A stretch of 64,000 nt of DNA, taken from NCBI GenBank assembly GCA_045606105.1, contig JAZURI010000003.1, positions 128,001 to 192,000 of the forward strand, in the 5' to 3' direction. This stretch comes from Spirochaetia bacterium (GTDB lineage: Bacteria > Spirochaetota > Spirochaetia > CADAEX01). The notes under the pieces are model-generated. The model searched no databases. It was not told where the DNA came from and saw nothing but the letters and a program-made list of their open reading frames with translations. Every line of letters starts with the position of its first letter. The stretch's first letter is position 1. Both the position numbers and the translations under genes were made by a program. Shown piece after piece: positions 1-9,463 of the stretch.

Positions 1-794
1 GCAGCCGGTGCAGATGCCGAGATTACCAGCGATATCAGCATTGTTTCCCTCAGGCCCAGGAAACACAGGATAAACAGCGACAGAATCGGTGATAATACAA
101 GCCTGAGGATCACAACAAGCATAACCTGTCTGCTTCCGAAAACCGCAAGGGAATTGATTCTTGAAAGATAGAAGCCGATGATTACCATAGGGAGCGGTGT
201 GTTCATGGCAGCCAGTCCCTTTATCGGTATATGAAGTATCTGCGGCAGGGAAAAAGGGGTAAGGAAGAAAAACATTCCGACCAGAATTCCCAGGATTCCC
301 GGATTGAGGGCCAGTCTCTTCAGCTTTATATCCCCCAGATTTCCTCCCATGATTATAAGTCCGTAGGTCCAGGTAAAAAGGGTAAAGACCCCGATAAAGA
401 TGGCACAGTAGAAGACACCATCGCTGCCCAGTATCATATTCTGGATAGGAAGTGACATATATCCGCAGTTTGAAAAAACGGAGGCATATCTCATTACCGA
501 TCTGGCTGATGTATCCTTCTCCCTGATAAAGATATGGGCAAGCGTGATGTTCAATAAATGAACAAGTGCGGCGGCACCGGCAGAAATAACCAGACCCTTC
601 AGCATGGTGCTGTCAAAAGGGCGGTGGAAGGAATCTACTATTACACAGGGAGTTACTACATAAAGGACGAAACGGGAAAGCTCTCCTATGCTCTTTTCTG
701 AAAAAAAGCCTCTTTTGGAACAAAGAAAACCTACTGCTATCAGGATAAAAAGGACAGCGGTCTGGAGAGATATGGTTGAAAAGGTTTCAAGCAT
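1..794 (-). CDS. AEC (auxin efflux carrier) family transporter, 3' end outside window
   Basis: Not in the ORF track because it runs off the edge. Manual translation from ATG at 794 gives MLETFSTISLQTAVLFILIAVGFLCSKRGFFSEKSIGELSRFVLYVVTPCVIVDSF, a typical AEC N-terminus. Confidence 0.8.
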   Translation of the reverse strand, partial: MLETFSTISLQTAVLFILIAVGFLCSKRGFFSEKSIGELSRFVLYVVTPCVIVDSFHRPFDSTMLKGLVISAGAAALVHLLNITLAHIFIREKDTSARSVMRYASVFSNCGYMSLPIQNMILGSDGVFYCAIFIGVFTLFTWTYGLIIMGGNLGDIKLKRLALNPGILGILVGMFFFLTPFSLPQILHIPIKGLAAMNTPLPMVIIGFYLSRINSLAVFGSRQVMLVVILRLVLSPILSLFILCFLGLRETMLISLVISASAPA

Positions 795-900
795 TCTTTT
801 ATTTTATTTTACTGTCGGTACATAGTCAAGGGAAAATAGTATTGACAAACAGTTATCAAAAAATATTAAATTTAACTGCCTGTTTGTGAGGGCAGGCCAT

Positions 901-2220
901 ATGCATCGAAAAATTTTTGCCATCGTCGGAAATCCTGTAGGGAAAAGCATTTATCCATTTATTTTCAGAAAACTTTTCGAACTTGACAAATCGGAAAATA
1001 TATATACACGCATAGCTGCATCCGATGCGGAGGAGGCTCTCTCCACTGCCAGGCTGATATCCCTGTCCGGGCTCAACATAGAGACTCCGTACCGTCATGA
1101 TGCCTTTGACCTGTCCGGCATTACCAGCAGGCATACCGAAAATGTCGGTGCCGTAAACGGAATCCTGTTCGACGGAAACGAAAAAACAGGATTCAATACC
1201 GAATATAAGGCAATAGAAGAGAGTCTGTCCGCCAACTGCAGAAATGGACGGAAAGGTAAGGTGGTCATTCTGGGTGACGGACCTGACGGAAGGGCAGCAG
1301 CCTGCGGCTTCGGTTCACAGGGATGGCAGGTTATAATCCTGGGTAAGGTTCTTGCCAATACAGTGGAAGCTGCCCTGAACCTTGGAGCTGAACCGGGAGA
1401 ATTCGGCAGCCTTAAGAAGCATCTCCGGGGAGCCGACCTGGTGATACTGGCCGGTCCTGAGTGTACGGTGGGGACAGAGGTTCTGGAACTGCTTTCCGGT
1501 TTCAGGGTACTTCTCCTTAACTGCGGCGAGGCCCTCATGAGCCGCTGCATGAATATGGAGCTGGATTTTATCCATCCAAAGGAGCTGGGGGTGCTGAGGA
1601 TTCTGGTTGCTTACCGGAAATTCTTCAACAGAGGTTATCCCGGCAGGTTTTCAGATTATGTTGAAGCCATGGAGTCTGCATATGTTCCGGGAAACATCAT
1701 ATCATTCCACGGCTTTGCCTCCACCGGCAAGAACAGGATCGGCAGGGCTGTTGCCGGAAAGCTGGGTATCCCTTTCATAAGGCTGGATGATGAGATAGAG
1801 AAGGAAACCGGCCGGGAAATAATTGATATCATCGAGGAGGAGGGGACAGAGGTTTTTGTCTCCTGTGAAAGAAAAATCCTTGAAAGAATCATTGAAAGGG
1901 GAGAACGTGTTGTTCTGTCCTGCGGAAGCGATACCCTTTTCTCTTCGGAAAACAGGGAACTGCTGAAGCGTTATTCCTGTCCTGTATGGCTGGTGGCAAA
2001 TTCGGAGCTTATACTCAAGAAAAGATTTTTTCTCTCATACAAGCCTGTGGAGGGGGAAAGCATGATAGATGCGGTAAACAGGCTTTATGAAACCAGACGG
2101 ATAAATTATGCCGGTTTGTCGGAGCTCATTGTCAGGAGCGATATTGCGGATACCGAAAAAACGGCAGAAAAAATTGTAAACGAGCTGTCGGCAATGACCG
2201 AAAAATATTCATCACGATAA
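901..2220 (+). CDS. Shikimate dehydrogenase / shikimate kinase fusion-like protein with degenerate catalytic motifs
   Basis: N-terminal AroE-like segments (IVGNPVGKS, GAVN, GFNTE, VVILG) and a C-terminal AroK-like P-loop domain (GFASTGK, LDDEIEKETG). ATG 901 preferred over GTG 886. Confidence 0.75.
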   Translation: MHRKIFAIVGNPVGKSIYPFIFRKLFELDKSENIYTRIAASDAEEALSTARLISLSGLNIETPYRHDAFDLSGITSRHTENVGAVNGILFDGNEKTGFNTEYKAIEESLSANCRNGRKGKVVILGDGPDGRAAACGFGSQGWQVIILGKVLANTVEAALNLGAEPGEFGSLKKHLRGADLVILAGPECTVGTEVLELLSGFRVLLLNCGEALMSRCMNMELDFIHPKELGVLRILVAYRKFFNRGYPGRFSDYVEAMESAYVPGNIISFHGFASTGKNRIGRAVAGKLGIPFIRLDDEIEKETGREIIDIIEEEGTEVFVSCERKILERIIERGERVVLSCGSDTLFSSENRELLKRYSCPVWLVANSELILKKRFFLSYKPVEGESMIDAVNRLYETRRINYAGLSELIVRSDIADTEKTAEKIVNELSAMTEKYSSR

Positions 2221-2421
2221 TCTCTTACCGTCCAGCAGTCCGAAAAGCTGCCCTCTCCCGCAGTAACGGTTACAGTAGCCCTTTGTTCCCGATACAACGG
2301 AAATGATCAGAGGGACAAAGAAGCATACAAGGCCGGCCCATGCAAAAAGTATATTGAAGAATCCCAGAGTCAGGTAAATCAGCGATACAATCCACAGATA
2401 ATCATACCAATGCTTTTTCAT
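2212..2421 (-). pseudogene. Truncated 4Fe-4S-binding membrane protein (N-terminal fragment, 69 aa)
   Basis: MKKHWYDYLWIVSLIYLTLGFFNILFAW...YCNRYCGRGQLF. Translationally coupled (ATGA) to the upstream ferredoxin; stops just after the first CxxxC where it meets the convergent gene. Confidence 0.6.
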
Positions 2422-2624
2422 ACTGCTGTCTCCTTCAGGGTAATGACACCGGCAGGACATTCCAGGGCACAACGGCCGCATCCTATACATTTTTCATGAT
2501 CTACCTGAGCCATGATCCCTCTGAAAACCTGAATTGCCCCCTTGGGACAGACTTTCATGCAGCATCCGCAGGCAACACACTCTTTCTGATTTACATAAGC
2601 TTTTCTTTTTTTTCTCTCTGCCAT
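2418..2624 (-). CDS. 2x[4Fe-4S] ferredoxin
   Basis: Two CxxCxxCxxxCP motifs (CVACGCCMKVCP, CIGCGRCALECP). Confidence 0.9.
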   Translation of the reverse strand: MAERKKRKAYVNQKECVACGCCMKVCPKGAIQVFRGIMAQVDHEKCIGCGRCALECPAGVITLKETAV

Positions 2625-2680
2625 ATAAGAACAATAACAGGTTTCCGATTTTTTTCAGTGATATTGTTACAAAGCTTCAA

Positions 2681-3304
2681 TCATTGAAAATGGATGAATA
2701 TAAGAACTGAAATAAAGTTGAAAAGGAAGTGAGCTACCGTATTTACTATAATACTGCCGTATTTCCTGAAAAAATATCCTAAAAGCAGTCCCATGATGAA
2801 AATCAGGATAACATTGAAGATACCCTGGTATATGTGTCCGGAGGCAAAGACCAGGGCGCTTGCTGTCATGGCGGGGACAGAGGATATAATCTTTTCAAAG
2901 GACCTGAACATATATGCCCTGAAGAAAAGCTCCTCTGCCAGGCCGGCAACTATGAACATGGGAATCAGCAGGAGTTCCGTATCTCCGGAAACTTTCATAA
3001 AGTCTCCTCCTGTATCGGGAAGAATAAACCGGCCGGCAATACCGGTCAGGTACAATGTTCCCAAGATTAAGGCAGTTCTTTGAATATCCCTGACCTCAAG
3101 AGCTCTGAAACCCATTTCCTTGAGAGTATATTTCTTTATTTTAAAAATAAATATGAAAAGAAGAAGCAGCTGTATCGATGCCACTGCAGTTGCTTTTACT
3201 GCGTATGAGGCATTGATTTCAAGAACCGAACCCGATTTCATGAACGGGTTATAAAGAATGAGAAAAATAATGAGGGGTTCTGCTGCCGGTAATATTTTTT
3301 TCAT
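2681..3304 (-). CDS. CPBP (CAAX) family intramembrane metalloprotease
   Basis: EELFFR, FASGHIYQ and HFLFN motifs; hydrophobic. Confidence 0.9.
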   Translation of the reverse strand: MKKILPAAEPLIIFLILYNPFMKSGSVLEINASYAVKATAVASIQLLLLFIFIFKIKKYTLKEMGFRALEVRDIQRTALILGTLYLTGIAGRFILPDTGGDFMKVSGDTELLLIPMFIVAGLAEELFFRAYMFRSFEKIISSVPAMTASALVFASGHIYQGIFNVILIFIMGLLLGYFFRKYGSIIVNTVAHFLFNFISVLIFIHFQ

Positions 3305-4842
3305 TAAATATCGTATTTCTTATGGGACAACCTGAGCTTGTCGGCACCATCCAGCTTAGGAAGGACATTTTCACTTTTATCCTTGAACTTTTCCATTCTG
3401 CGGAGAATCTTATCAAGCATCTTGATGGCAGTGACGATATATTTTCCCTTATTGAGCATTACACAGGAGGCCCGCTGGGAAAGGGCTGCATCGGTTATTT
3501 CTGCCCTGGTTGGAACTCCGTCCTTGGCCAATGTCTCCAGAACCTGGGTTGCCCAGATCAGAGGAATATTGGCCGCTTCCGCAATCCTGATTATCTCCTC
3601 CTGGATGGTGGCATAGTTTTTCCAGCCTGTCTCAATGGCAAGATCTCCCCGTGCCAGCATGATTCCGGCCGGATATATCTTCATTGCGGAAAGGATGATG
3701 TCAGGAAGGTTTTCAAAAGCTTTTTCAGTCTCTATTTTTACAATTATTCCTGTACTCAGACCCATTTCCTTCAGGTCTGAAATCATTTTGTCCAGTTCCC
3801 CGGCACTGTTTACGAAAGAGAGGTTGATGGCATCTATGTTCCAGCTGTCGCTGTGTCTGATGATGGTTTTTATATCCTGTCTGTCCTTGGCTGTGAAACC
3901 TGACATTTCCATGGAGGTGTCGGGAAAGTTTATTCCCTTGTCCGGCTTGAGCTTGCTTCCTCCGGTCTTGGAGTTTGTTATCCTGATGGTTGCCCTGTCG
4001 CAGGAAACCTCTTCTGTTATCCCTTCTATCTTGCCGTCATCGAAAAAGACCCTTTCTCCCGGCTTCAGGAATCTGAAGATTCTTTTATGGGTACATGAAA
4101 TGGTTGCCGGCTGAAATCCTTCGGCTGTTTCTGCTGCATTTCTTCCCGGTTCACTGTTTTTGGAAAGAACAAGAATATCTCCTGTCTTAAGGAGGATGAA
4201 TTCTCCTTCCACTGAGCCTGTCCTGATTTTAGGGCCTGCGATATCCATGATGACAGAGCATTCACGGCCTGTTTTCTCAGAGGCTTTTCTGATGTTTTTT
4301 ATAATCCTGTCCCAGATACGGCTGTTGTCATGGGCACAGTTTATTCTGGCACAGTTCATTCCTGCATCCAGCATCTCTTCTATTAAGGTGTTGTCTTCGG
4401 CTGCAGCTGCAGGCATTGTAACCATGATCCTGGTTTTTCTCTTTTCCGGTTTTTTCCTGAAAAGATCCCTTGTCCTTTCTTCTATAAGCTTTGCGCTTTT
4501 CCGCGGTGAAAGGAGACTTCCGTCGGGATGGACTGTTTCACGGCCTGTTATTGTATCGGCAATTTCCTTTACCGAAAGCAGGGTATGCATTACATGGGAA
4601 TTGACATTGGAAAGGTCTGAAAAACCGAGCTTCAGCATCTTTCTCTGGAGCTTGTCGATATCAAAGCTTCTGAATGCCAGATAATCGAGAAGGTTAAGGG
4701 CGCTGACCCTGAATTTCGGATTTACGGCCTTTACCTCTTTCCTGTATTTTCTTTCGGTCTTGTAAGCCTTTGTTATTACTTCGTTGAGCTTGTCTGCTAT
4801 AAAAAGGACCTTCTGTTCCAGAGGTTTTCTTTCGGTACTCAT
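3304..4842 (-). CDS. pyk: Pyruvate kinase (long N-terminal extension type)
   Basis: RINCAH, DIAGPKIRTG, KIET, MLARGDLAIE, WATQVLE, PTRAEITD, CVMLNKG. Confidence 0.92.
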   Translation of the reverse strand: MSTERKPLEQKVLFIADKLNEVITKAYKTERKYRKEVKAVNPKFRVSALNLLDYLAFRSFDIDKLQRKMLKLGFSDLSNVNSHVMHTLLSVKEIADTITGRETVHPDGSLLSPRKSAKLIEERTRDLFRKKPEKRKTRIMVTMPAAAAEDNTLIEEMLDAGMNCARINCAHDNSRIWDRIIKNIRKASEKTGRECSVIMDIAGPKIRTGSVEGEFILLKTGDILVLSKNSEPGRNAAETAEGFQPATISCTHKRIFRFLKPGERVFFDDGKIEGITEEVSCDRATIRITNSKTGGSKLKPDKGINFPDTSMEMSGFTAKDRQDIKTIIRHSDSWNIDAINLSFVNSAGELDKMISDLKEMGLSTGIIVKIETEKAFENLPDIILSAMKIYPAGIMLARGDLAIETGWKNYATIQEEIIRIAEAANIPLIWATQVLETLAKDGVPTRAEITDAALSQRASCVMLNKGKYIVTAIKMLDKILRRMEKFKDKSENVLPKLDGADKLRLSHKKYDI

Positions 4843-4846
4843 GTCT

Positions 4847-6079
4847 TTATGTGAATTTCCTTATGTTTATCTCTTTTCTGAGAGATGCCTGATGGGTAAT
4901 CACTGCATTTATGAAGCCCATTACAATAATATCAATCATCACGCTGAAGCTGATGAGCAGGAACATTACAGGCTGTATAGCAAGCCATCCGTTTTCGATT
5001 CCGTGACCGTAGGCGGAACAGAGCATGGTTACGGATACTGCGGTTCCGACTCCAGGAACAGCACCGAGGATGAAGGAAATAAGGAATGTGTTCAGCATGA
5101 GAAAAAAGAAGCTCTCATAGGTGATTTCAATTCCTGTATAGGATCTGATGATGATAATGATGGCAGCACCTGAAACCATGGCTGTACCGCTTCTGCTGAA
5201 TACAGTCAGGAACCCGATGATAGGGGCACTGGCCTTTCTTTTTGCACCTATGTTTTCAAAGGAGCTTTTTACCAGTGTGTTGGCAGCAAAGTAGATATCG
5301 CCGGAAAAGAATGCAGCCATTGCAGGGGCAAGCATGGCGTAGACAGCCTTGAACGGATTTTCAGTTCTTCTGCAGCAGATGAGAAGCCCCAGCGGAATCA
5401 GTATGAAAATCACCACTGCCGAAGCAGCCGCCACAGTTATGAAAAGATAACTGTAAAGTCCCATCTGGGAGTTGTTCATGACATAGGCGGTCATGGATGC
5501 CGAAAGGAAAACTATACCCAGAGGCATGAACTCTATGATGAGGCTGTTTATATCGTACATTATCCTGGACATGGAATCAAAGATCTGGCTTATAGGTCTG
5601 GTATAGAGGTTTGCATAATTCATGCTGAGACCCATGAGTACGGCCAGAACCAGCACCGGCAGCAGATAGTTGCCCGATGAAGTGAATATCTCAAAGAAAT
5701 TATCGGGAAATATCATGGCTATATGGGATGCCAGCGAAGGGAGCACATATCTTGTATCGGTTTCTGCAATAAGGGGGATTCTTCCCTGGAAAACAAGAAG
5801 TGCGGCAGCTCCGCCCAGAAGAGTCAGGATCAGCGATGAGGCAACGGTGAAGGATACAGTCTTGATAAAGATTCCCAGAAGCCGTTTTTCAGTCATCAGC
5901 TTTGAAACCGAAAAGGCTACGGAAAAGAGAATCATCGGGAAAAATGTATATTTTCCTATGCACAGGATTATCCTGTGTCCGGTATCAAAAACAACCGGAT
6001 CGGAGAAGAAATCCTTCATGGTTATCCCCAGGACAGCTCCCACTACAGCTCCCAGAAGATATTTTATCCATATTTTCAT
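4847..6079 (-). CDS. Dicarboxylate/amino acid:cation symporter (DAACS) family
   Basis: Multi-TM protein with IFPDNFF and GAVPGVG segments; divergent family member. Confidence 0.75.
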   Translation of the reverse strand: MKIWIKYLLGAVVGAVLGITMKDFFSDPVVFDTGHRIILCIGKYTFFPMILFSVAFSVSKLMTEKRLLGIFIKTVSFTVASSLILTLLGGAAALLVFQGRIPLIAETDTRYVLPSLASHIAMIFPDNFFEIFTSSGNYLLPVLVLAVLMGLSMNYANLYTRPISQIFDSMSRIMYDINSLIIEFMPLGIVFLSASMTAYVMNNSQMGLYSYLFITVAAASAVVIFILIPLGLLICCRRTENPFKAVYAMLAPAMAAFFSGDIYFAANTLVKSSFENIGAKRKASAPIIGFLTVFSRSGTAMVSGAAIIIIIRSYTGIEITYESFFFLMLNTFLISFILGAVPGVGTAVSVTMLCSAYGHGIENGWLAIQPVMFLLISFSVMIDIIVMGFINAVITHQASLRKEINIRKFT

Positions 6080-6194
6080 ATAAAAAATGATAACTTATAT
6101 TAATTGCATAGTCAATAATAAGGTTTTTTCGAGTCTTGAAACTTTCGTGTAATTTTGTTTTAATAAAAAAAATTTTCCACTTCAGGAGATTAAA

Positions 6195-7490
6195 ATGATT
6201 GTATGCAAGTTTGGCGGAAGCTCTGTAGCAGATGCCGTACAGATTTCCAAGACACAGAATATCGTGAAGGGCAATCCTGACAGAAAGATTGTTGTTGTAT
6301 CGGCTCCCGGCAAAAGGGATAAGGAAGATGACAAGATTACGGATCTGCTTTATAAATGTCACAATCTTGCAAGCAATGACAAGCCTATAGATTCCGCATG
6401 GGAAAAGATCAGGAACCGCTATCTCCAGATTGCGGCAGTTCTCGATATCACATGGGATCTGAAGGAGGAGCTTGATTATATTGAAAACAAGCTTGCCGGA
6501 AAATGCAGCTCAGACTATGCAGCAAGCCGCGGGGAATATCTTAATGCCAAGCTTATCTCACTTTATTTCGGATTTGAGTTCCTGGACAGTGCAGAGGTGA
6601 TAAGACTGGGGGACAGAGGTGAGATTCTTCCTGAGACCTACGACCTTATAAGGGAGGCTGTGGATCCTGACAAATATTATGTGGTACCTGGCTTCTACGG
6701 ACTGGGACCTGACGGAGAGATAAAGACCTTCTCCAGAGGCGGCTCCGACATTACCGGAAGTATCTATTCAAAGGCCCTTGAAGCGGATATATATGAAAAC
6801 TGGACCGATGTTTCGGGTATCTATACCACAGACCCTAGAGTTGCAGAGGCCGCAAGACCTATCGACGACATTACATACAGGGAAATGAGGGAGATGGCAT
6901 ATCTCGGAGCAAACGTGTTCCATGAAGAGGCCATTGCACCGGCCCGCCAGGCAGACATTTCCATCAATATCAAGAATACAAACGCACCCGGGGACAGAGG
7001 AACCTTCATCAATTCCGTCAGGGATGCATCAAAGCAGGCGGTAGCAGGAATTGCCGGCAAGAGACATTTCCGCCGTATTACTGTTGAAAAATATAAGCTT
7101 GAGGACATGCACGAGCTTCATTTTGAGCTCAAGAAGGCACTTGGTGCTCTCGGTCTTATCATTGCATTCGAGCTTAAGGGAATTGATACCCTCAATTTCT
7201 ATGTTCAGGATGAAAAGATGATTGACTGGGATTCCTTCGGTGAAAAGCTCAAGGCTGATCTCGATGTGGAGAAGGTGGTATATTCCGAGGACCTGGCTGT
7301 AATCGGAATAATCGGCGAAGGACTTGCCGTTTCATTCTCACATGTGCTTGAGATTCTCAATGCTGTCGGAAAAGAGGGCATCAACATAGAAAACATCAAC
7401 TGCGGTGGTTCACCTATTTCTGCCGTTCTTGTTATCCGTGACGAGGACTATGTAAAGGCAATGAATGTCATTGCTTCCGTTATTGCCTGA
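6195..7490 (+). CDS. lysC: Aspartate kinase
   Basis: KFGGSS, VVVSAPG, FSRGGSDITG, WTDVSG, C-terminal ACT-like domains; SD AGGAG. Confidence 0.92.
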   Translation: MIVCKFGGSSVADAVQISKTQNIVKGNPDRKIVVVSAPGKRDKEDDKITDLLYKCHNLASNDKPIDSAWEKIRNRYLQIAAVLDITWDLKEELDYIENKLAGKCSSDYAASRGEYLNAKLISLYFGFEFLDSAEVIRLGDRGEILPETYDLIREAVDPDKYYVVPGFYGLGPDGEIKTFSRGGSDITGSIYSKALEADIYENWTDVSGIYTTDPRVAEAARPIDDITYREMREMAYLGANVFHEEAIAPARQADISINIKNTNAPGDRGTFINSVRDASKQAVAGIAGKRHFRRITVEKYKLEDMHELHFELKKALGALGLIIAFELKGIDTLNFYVQDEKMIDWDSFGEKLKADLDVEKVVYSEDLAVIGIIGEGLAVSFSHVLEILNAVGKEGINIENINCGGSPISAVLVIRDEDYVKAMNVIASVIA

Positions 7491-7497
7491 ACCTGAT

Positions 7498-8742
7498 ATG
7501 AAAAAAACAGCTGCAGCCATACTGTTTCTGCTCATGCTTGCGGTTTTTCCCACATGGGGGGACGGTATCATGCCGCCTGAGCCGGTGCTCAACTGCAGGG
7601 CTGCTGTCCTTATGGACTATGATACGGGGACAGTGCTTTTCAGCAAGAACCCCTCGGCTGAAATTCCCCCGGCCTCAATGACAAAACTCATGACCTCCTT
7701 TCTCCTTTTCGAAAAAATAGAGAGGGGAGAGCTTTCACTTGATGATATCTATACCGTTTCCGAAAAGGCCGATTTCAAGAATGCACCACCCAGGTCGTCA
7801 CTGCTTTTTCTGGAACGGGGACAGAGGTTGACAATAAAGGAGCTGGTTACAGGGCTTCTTGTGGTTTCCGGCAATGATGCGGCCACGGCAGTGGCAGAGC
7901 TGGTTGCAGGGGGACGGGAGGAGTGTGTCGCCCTGATGAACAAACGGGCCGCGGAGCTTGGGTTTCCTTCCTTTCATTTTGAGGATGTATCCGGGTACGA
8001 CAGCCGCAACAAGGTCAATCCCCTTGATTTCTGCCGTTTCTGCAGGCTCTACATAAAAACCTGCTACGATTATTTTGCCGACATAGTGGGAATCGAAACA
8101 TTGGGATATCCCGAAAGAAAGCATCTGGCAGGGACCAAGCCTACCTACGGAAAAATTGTCCAGAACAATTCCAACGAGCTGATAGGGCGGTACGACGGAG
8201 TCGATGGCATTAAAACAGGTTATATAGATGAATCCGGCTATAATGTGGCCCTGACAGCCCGGAGGGACGGAATGAGGCTTGTGGCCGTGATAATGGGAAT
8301 CGATGCCTCCAAACCTTCGGAGGGAAAGCTTCTCAGGGGAATAGACGGATCTGCCCTGATTACCTATGGCTTCAGCACTTTCAGAACCTTCAGACCGGCT
8401 ATGGGTGAAAAGCTTGAGATTCCGGTTTATCACTGCAGCAGCAAAAAAGCGGAAATAGTTCCGGTAATAGATACACCTGTCACTGTCCCTTACAGCCGTC
8501 TCGGAGAGCTGGTTTTCAATGTGAGCATGAAACAGGATATGAAGGGGGAAATGGCTGCGGGGACAGAGGTTGGCCGCTATACCCTGACTCTCGGGGACAG
8601 AGGTTTGGCAGAAGGTCCCATGGTTCTCAGTGAAGGGACAGAAAAATGTTCACCTTTGCAGAATATCCCCGAATTCTTCCGCTTCCTGTTTAAAAAGTCA
8701 GTTGCAGAAAGGAAAATATCTGCTATAATATCACAGTTATGA
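7498..8742 (+). CDS. D-alanyl-D-alanine carboxypeptidase (peptidase S11)
   Basis: Signal peptide; SxxK (PASMTK), SGN and KTG motifs. Confidence 0.9.
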   Translation: MKKTAAAILFLLMLAVFPTWGDGIMPPEPVLNCRAAVLMDYDTGTVLFSKNPSAEIPPASMTKLMTSFLLFEKIERGELSLDDIYTVSEKADFKNAPPRSSLLFLERGQRLTIKELVTGLLVVSGNDAATAVAELVAGGREECVALMNKRAAELGFPSFHFEDVSGYDSRNKVNPLDFCRFCRLYIKTCYDYFADIVGIETLGYPERKHLAGTKPTYGKIVQNNSNELIGRYDGVDGIKTGYIDESGYNVALTARRDGMRLVAVIMGIDASKPSEGKLLRGIDGSALITYGFSTFRTFRPAMGEKLEIPVYHCSSKKAEIVPVIDTPVTVPYSRLGELVFNVSMKQDMKGEMAAGTEVGRYTLTLGDRGLAEGPMVLSEGTEKCSPLQNIPEFFRFLFKKSVAERKISAIISQL

Positions 8743-8993
8743 CACGGGAAGATTTTATTTTTACGATAGGTTTTGACGGAGACGGTCCTGTAGTTGACAA
8801 GCTGAATGCAAAAAAATTCGGAAAACTGGGGACAGAGGATTTATTCAGGGAAGGTTTTTACAAGTCGGCAGTATGCTCTGCGGTCTTTTCAGGCAGTGAA
8901 GCGCAGGAAAAGCTGATTCTTGATCTCTACAATGAAAAATCGGACAGAAAGGTAGGTTCCTTTGCCGAACTGAAGGCTGTTTTCGGAGTCTGA
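8739..8993 (+). CDS. Small hypothetical protein
   Basis: 84-aa ORF overlapping the upstream stop (ATGA); fills the gap before the yajC upstream region. Confidence 0.65.
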   Translation: MTREDFIFTIGFDGDGPVVDKLNAKKFGKLGTEDLFREGFYKSAVCSAVFSGSEAQEKLILDLYNEKSDRKVGSFAELKAVFGV

Positions 8994-9068
8994 ACTTTCT
9001 TTATTGACTAGAGACTTATTTAGTGATAATTATTATAAGATAATTAATTTTTTCTTAAAGGAAACAAC

Positions 9069-9443
9069 ATGAACAGTATTCTTATGGACATGCCTGTACT
9101 TCAGGGCGCAGGAAACGGACTTACAACTTTGTTCACCTTTGGTGGTGTAATCCTCATTTTCTACTTCTTTATTATTCGTCCTCAGAACAAGAAGAATAAA
9201 GAGACACAGAAGATGCTGGCCGGACTCAAAAAATTTGACAAGGTTGTAACAATCGGCGGTATCAGAGGGGTTGTACAGACAGTCAAGGAGCAGAGTGTTA
9301 TTGTCAAGGTTGACGATAATGCAAAGATTGAGTTCACAAAGGGTGCAATTGCACAGGTTCTTGAAAGTCACGAGGCAAAACTTGACGGTGACGGAAAAGA
9401 GATCGAAAGCGACAAAGAAAAAAATAAAAAAGAAGATAAATAA
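9069..9443 (+). CDS. yajC: Preprotein translocase subunit YajC
   Basis: FYFFIIRPQ, DKVVTIGGIRG; upstream of secD. Confidence 0.95.
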   Translation: MNSILMDMPVLQGAGNGLTTLFTFGGVILIFYFFIIRPQNKKNKETQKMLAGLKKFDKVVTIGGIRGVVQTVKEQSVIVKVDDNAKIEFTKGAIAQVLESHEAKLDGDGKEIESDKEKNKKEDK

Positions 9444-9463
9444 AACACCGGAGAAATGATTTT

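Noticed and set aside
6080-6194. Lysine riboswitch before lysC (likewise a T-box before ileS and a glycine riboswitch before the AGCS gene)
   Set aside because: The lysC and ileS upstream regions are short, AT-rich and taken up by divergent promoters, the AGCS gap is only 14 nt, and no conserved elements were seen.
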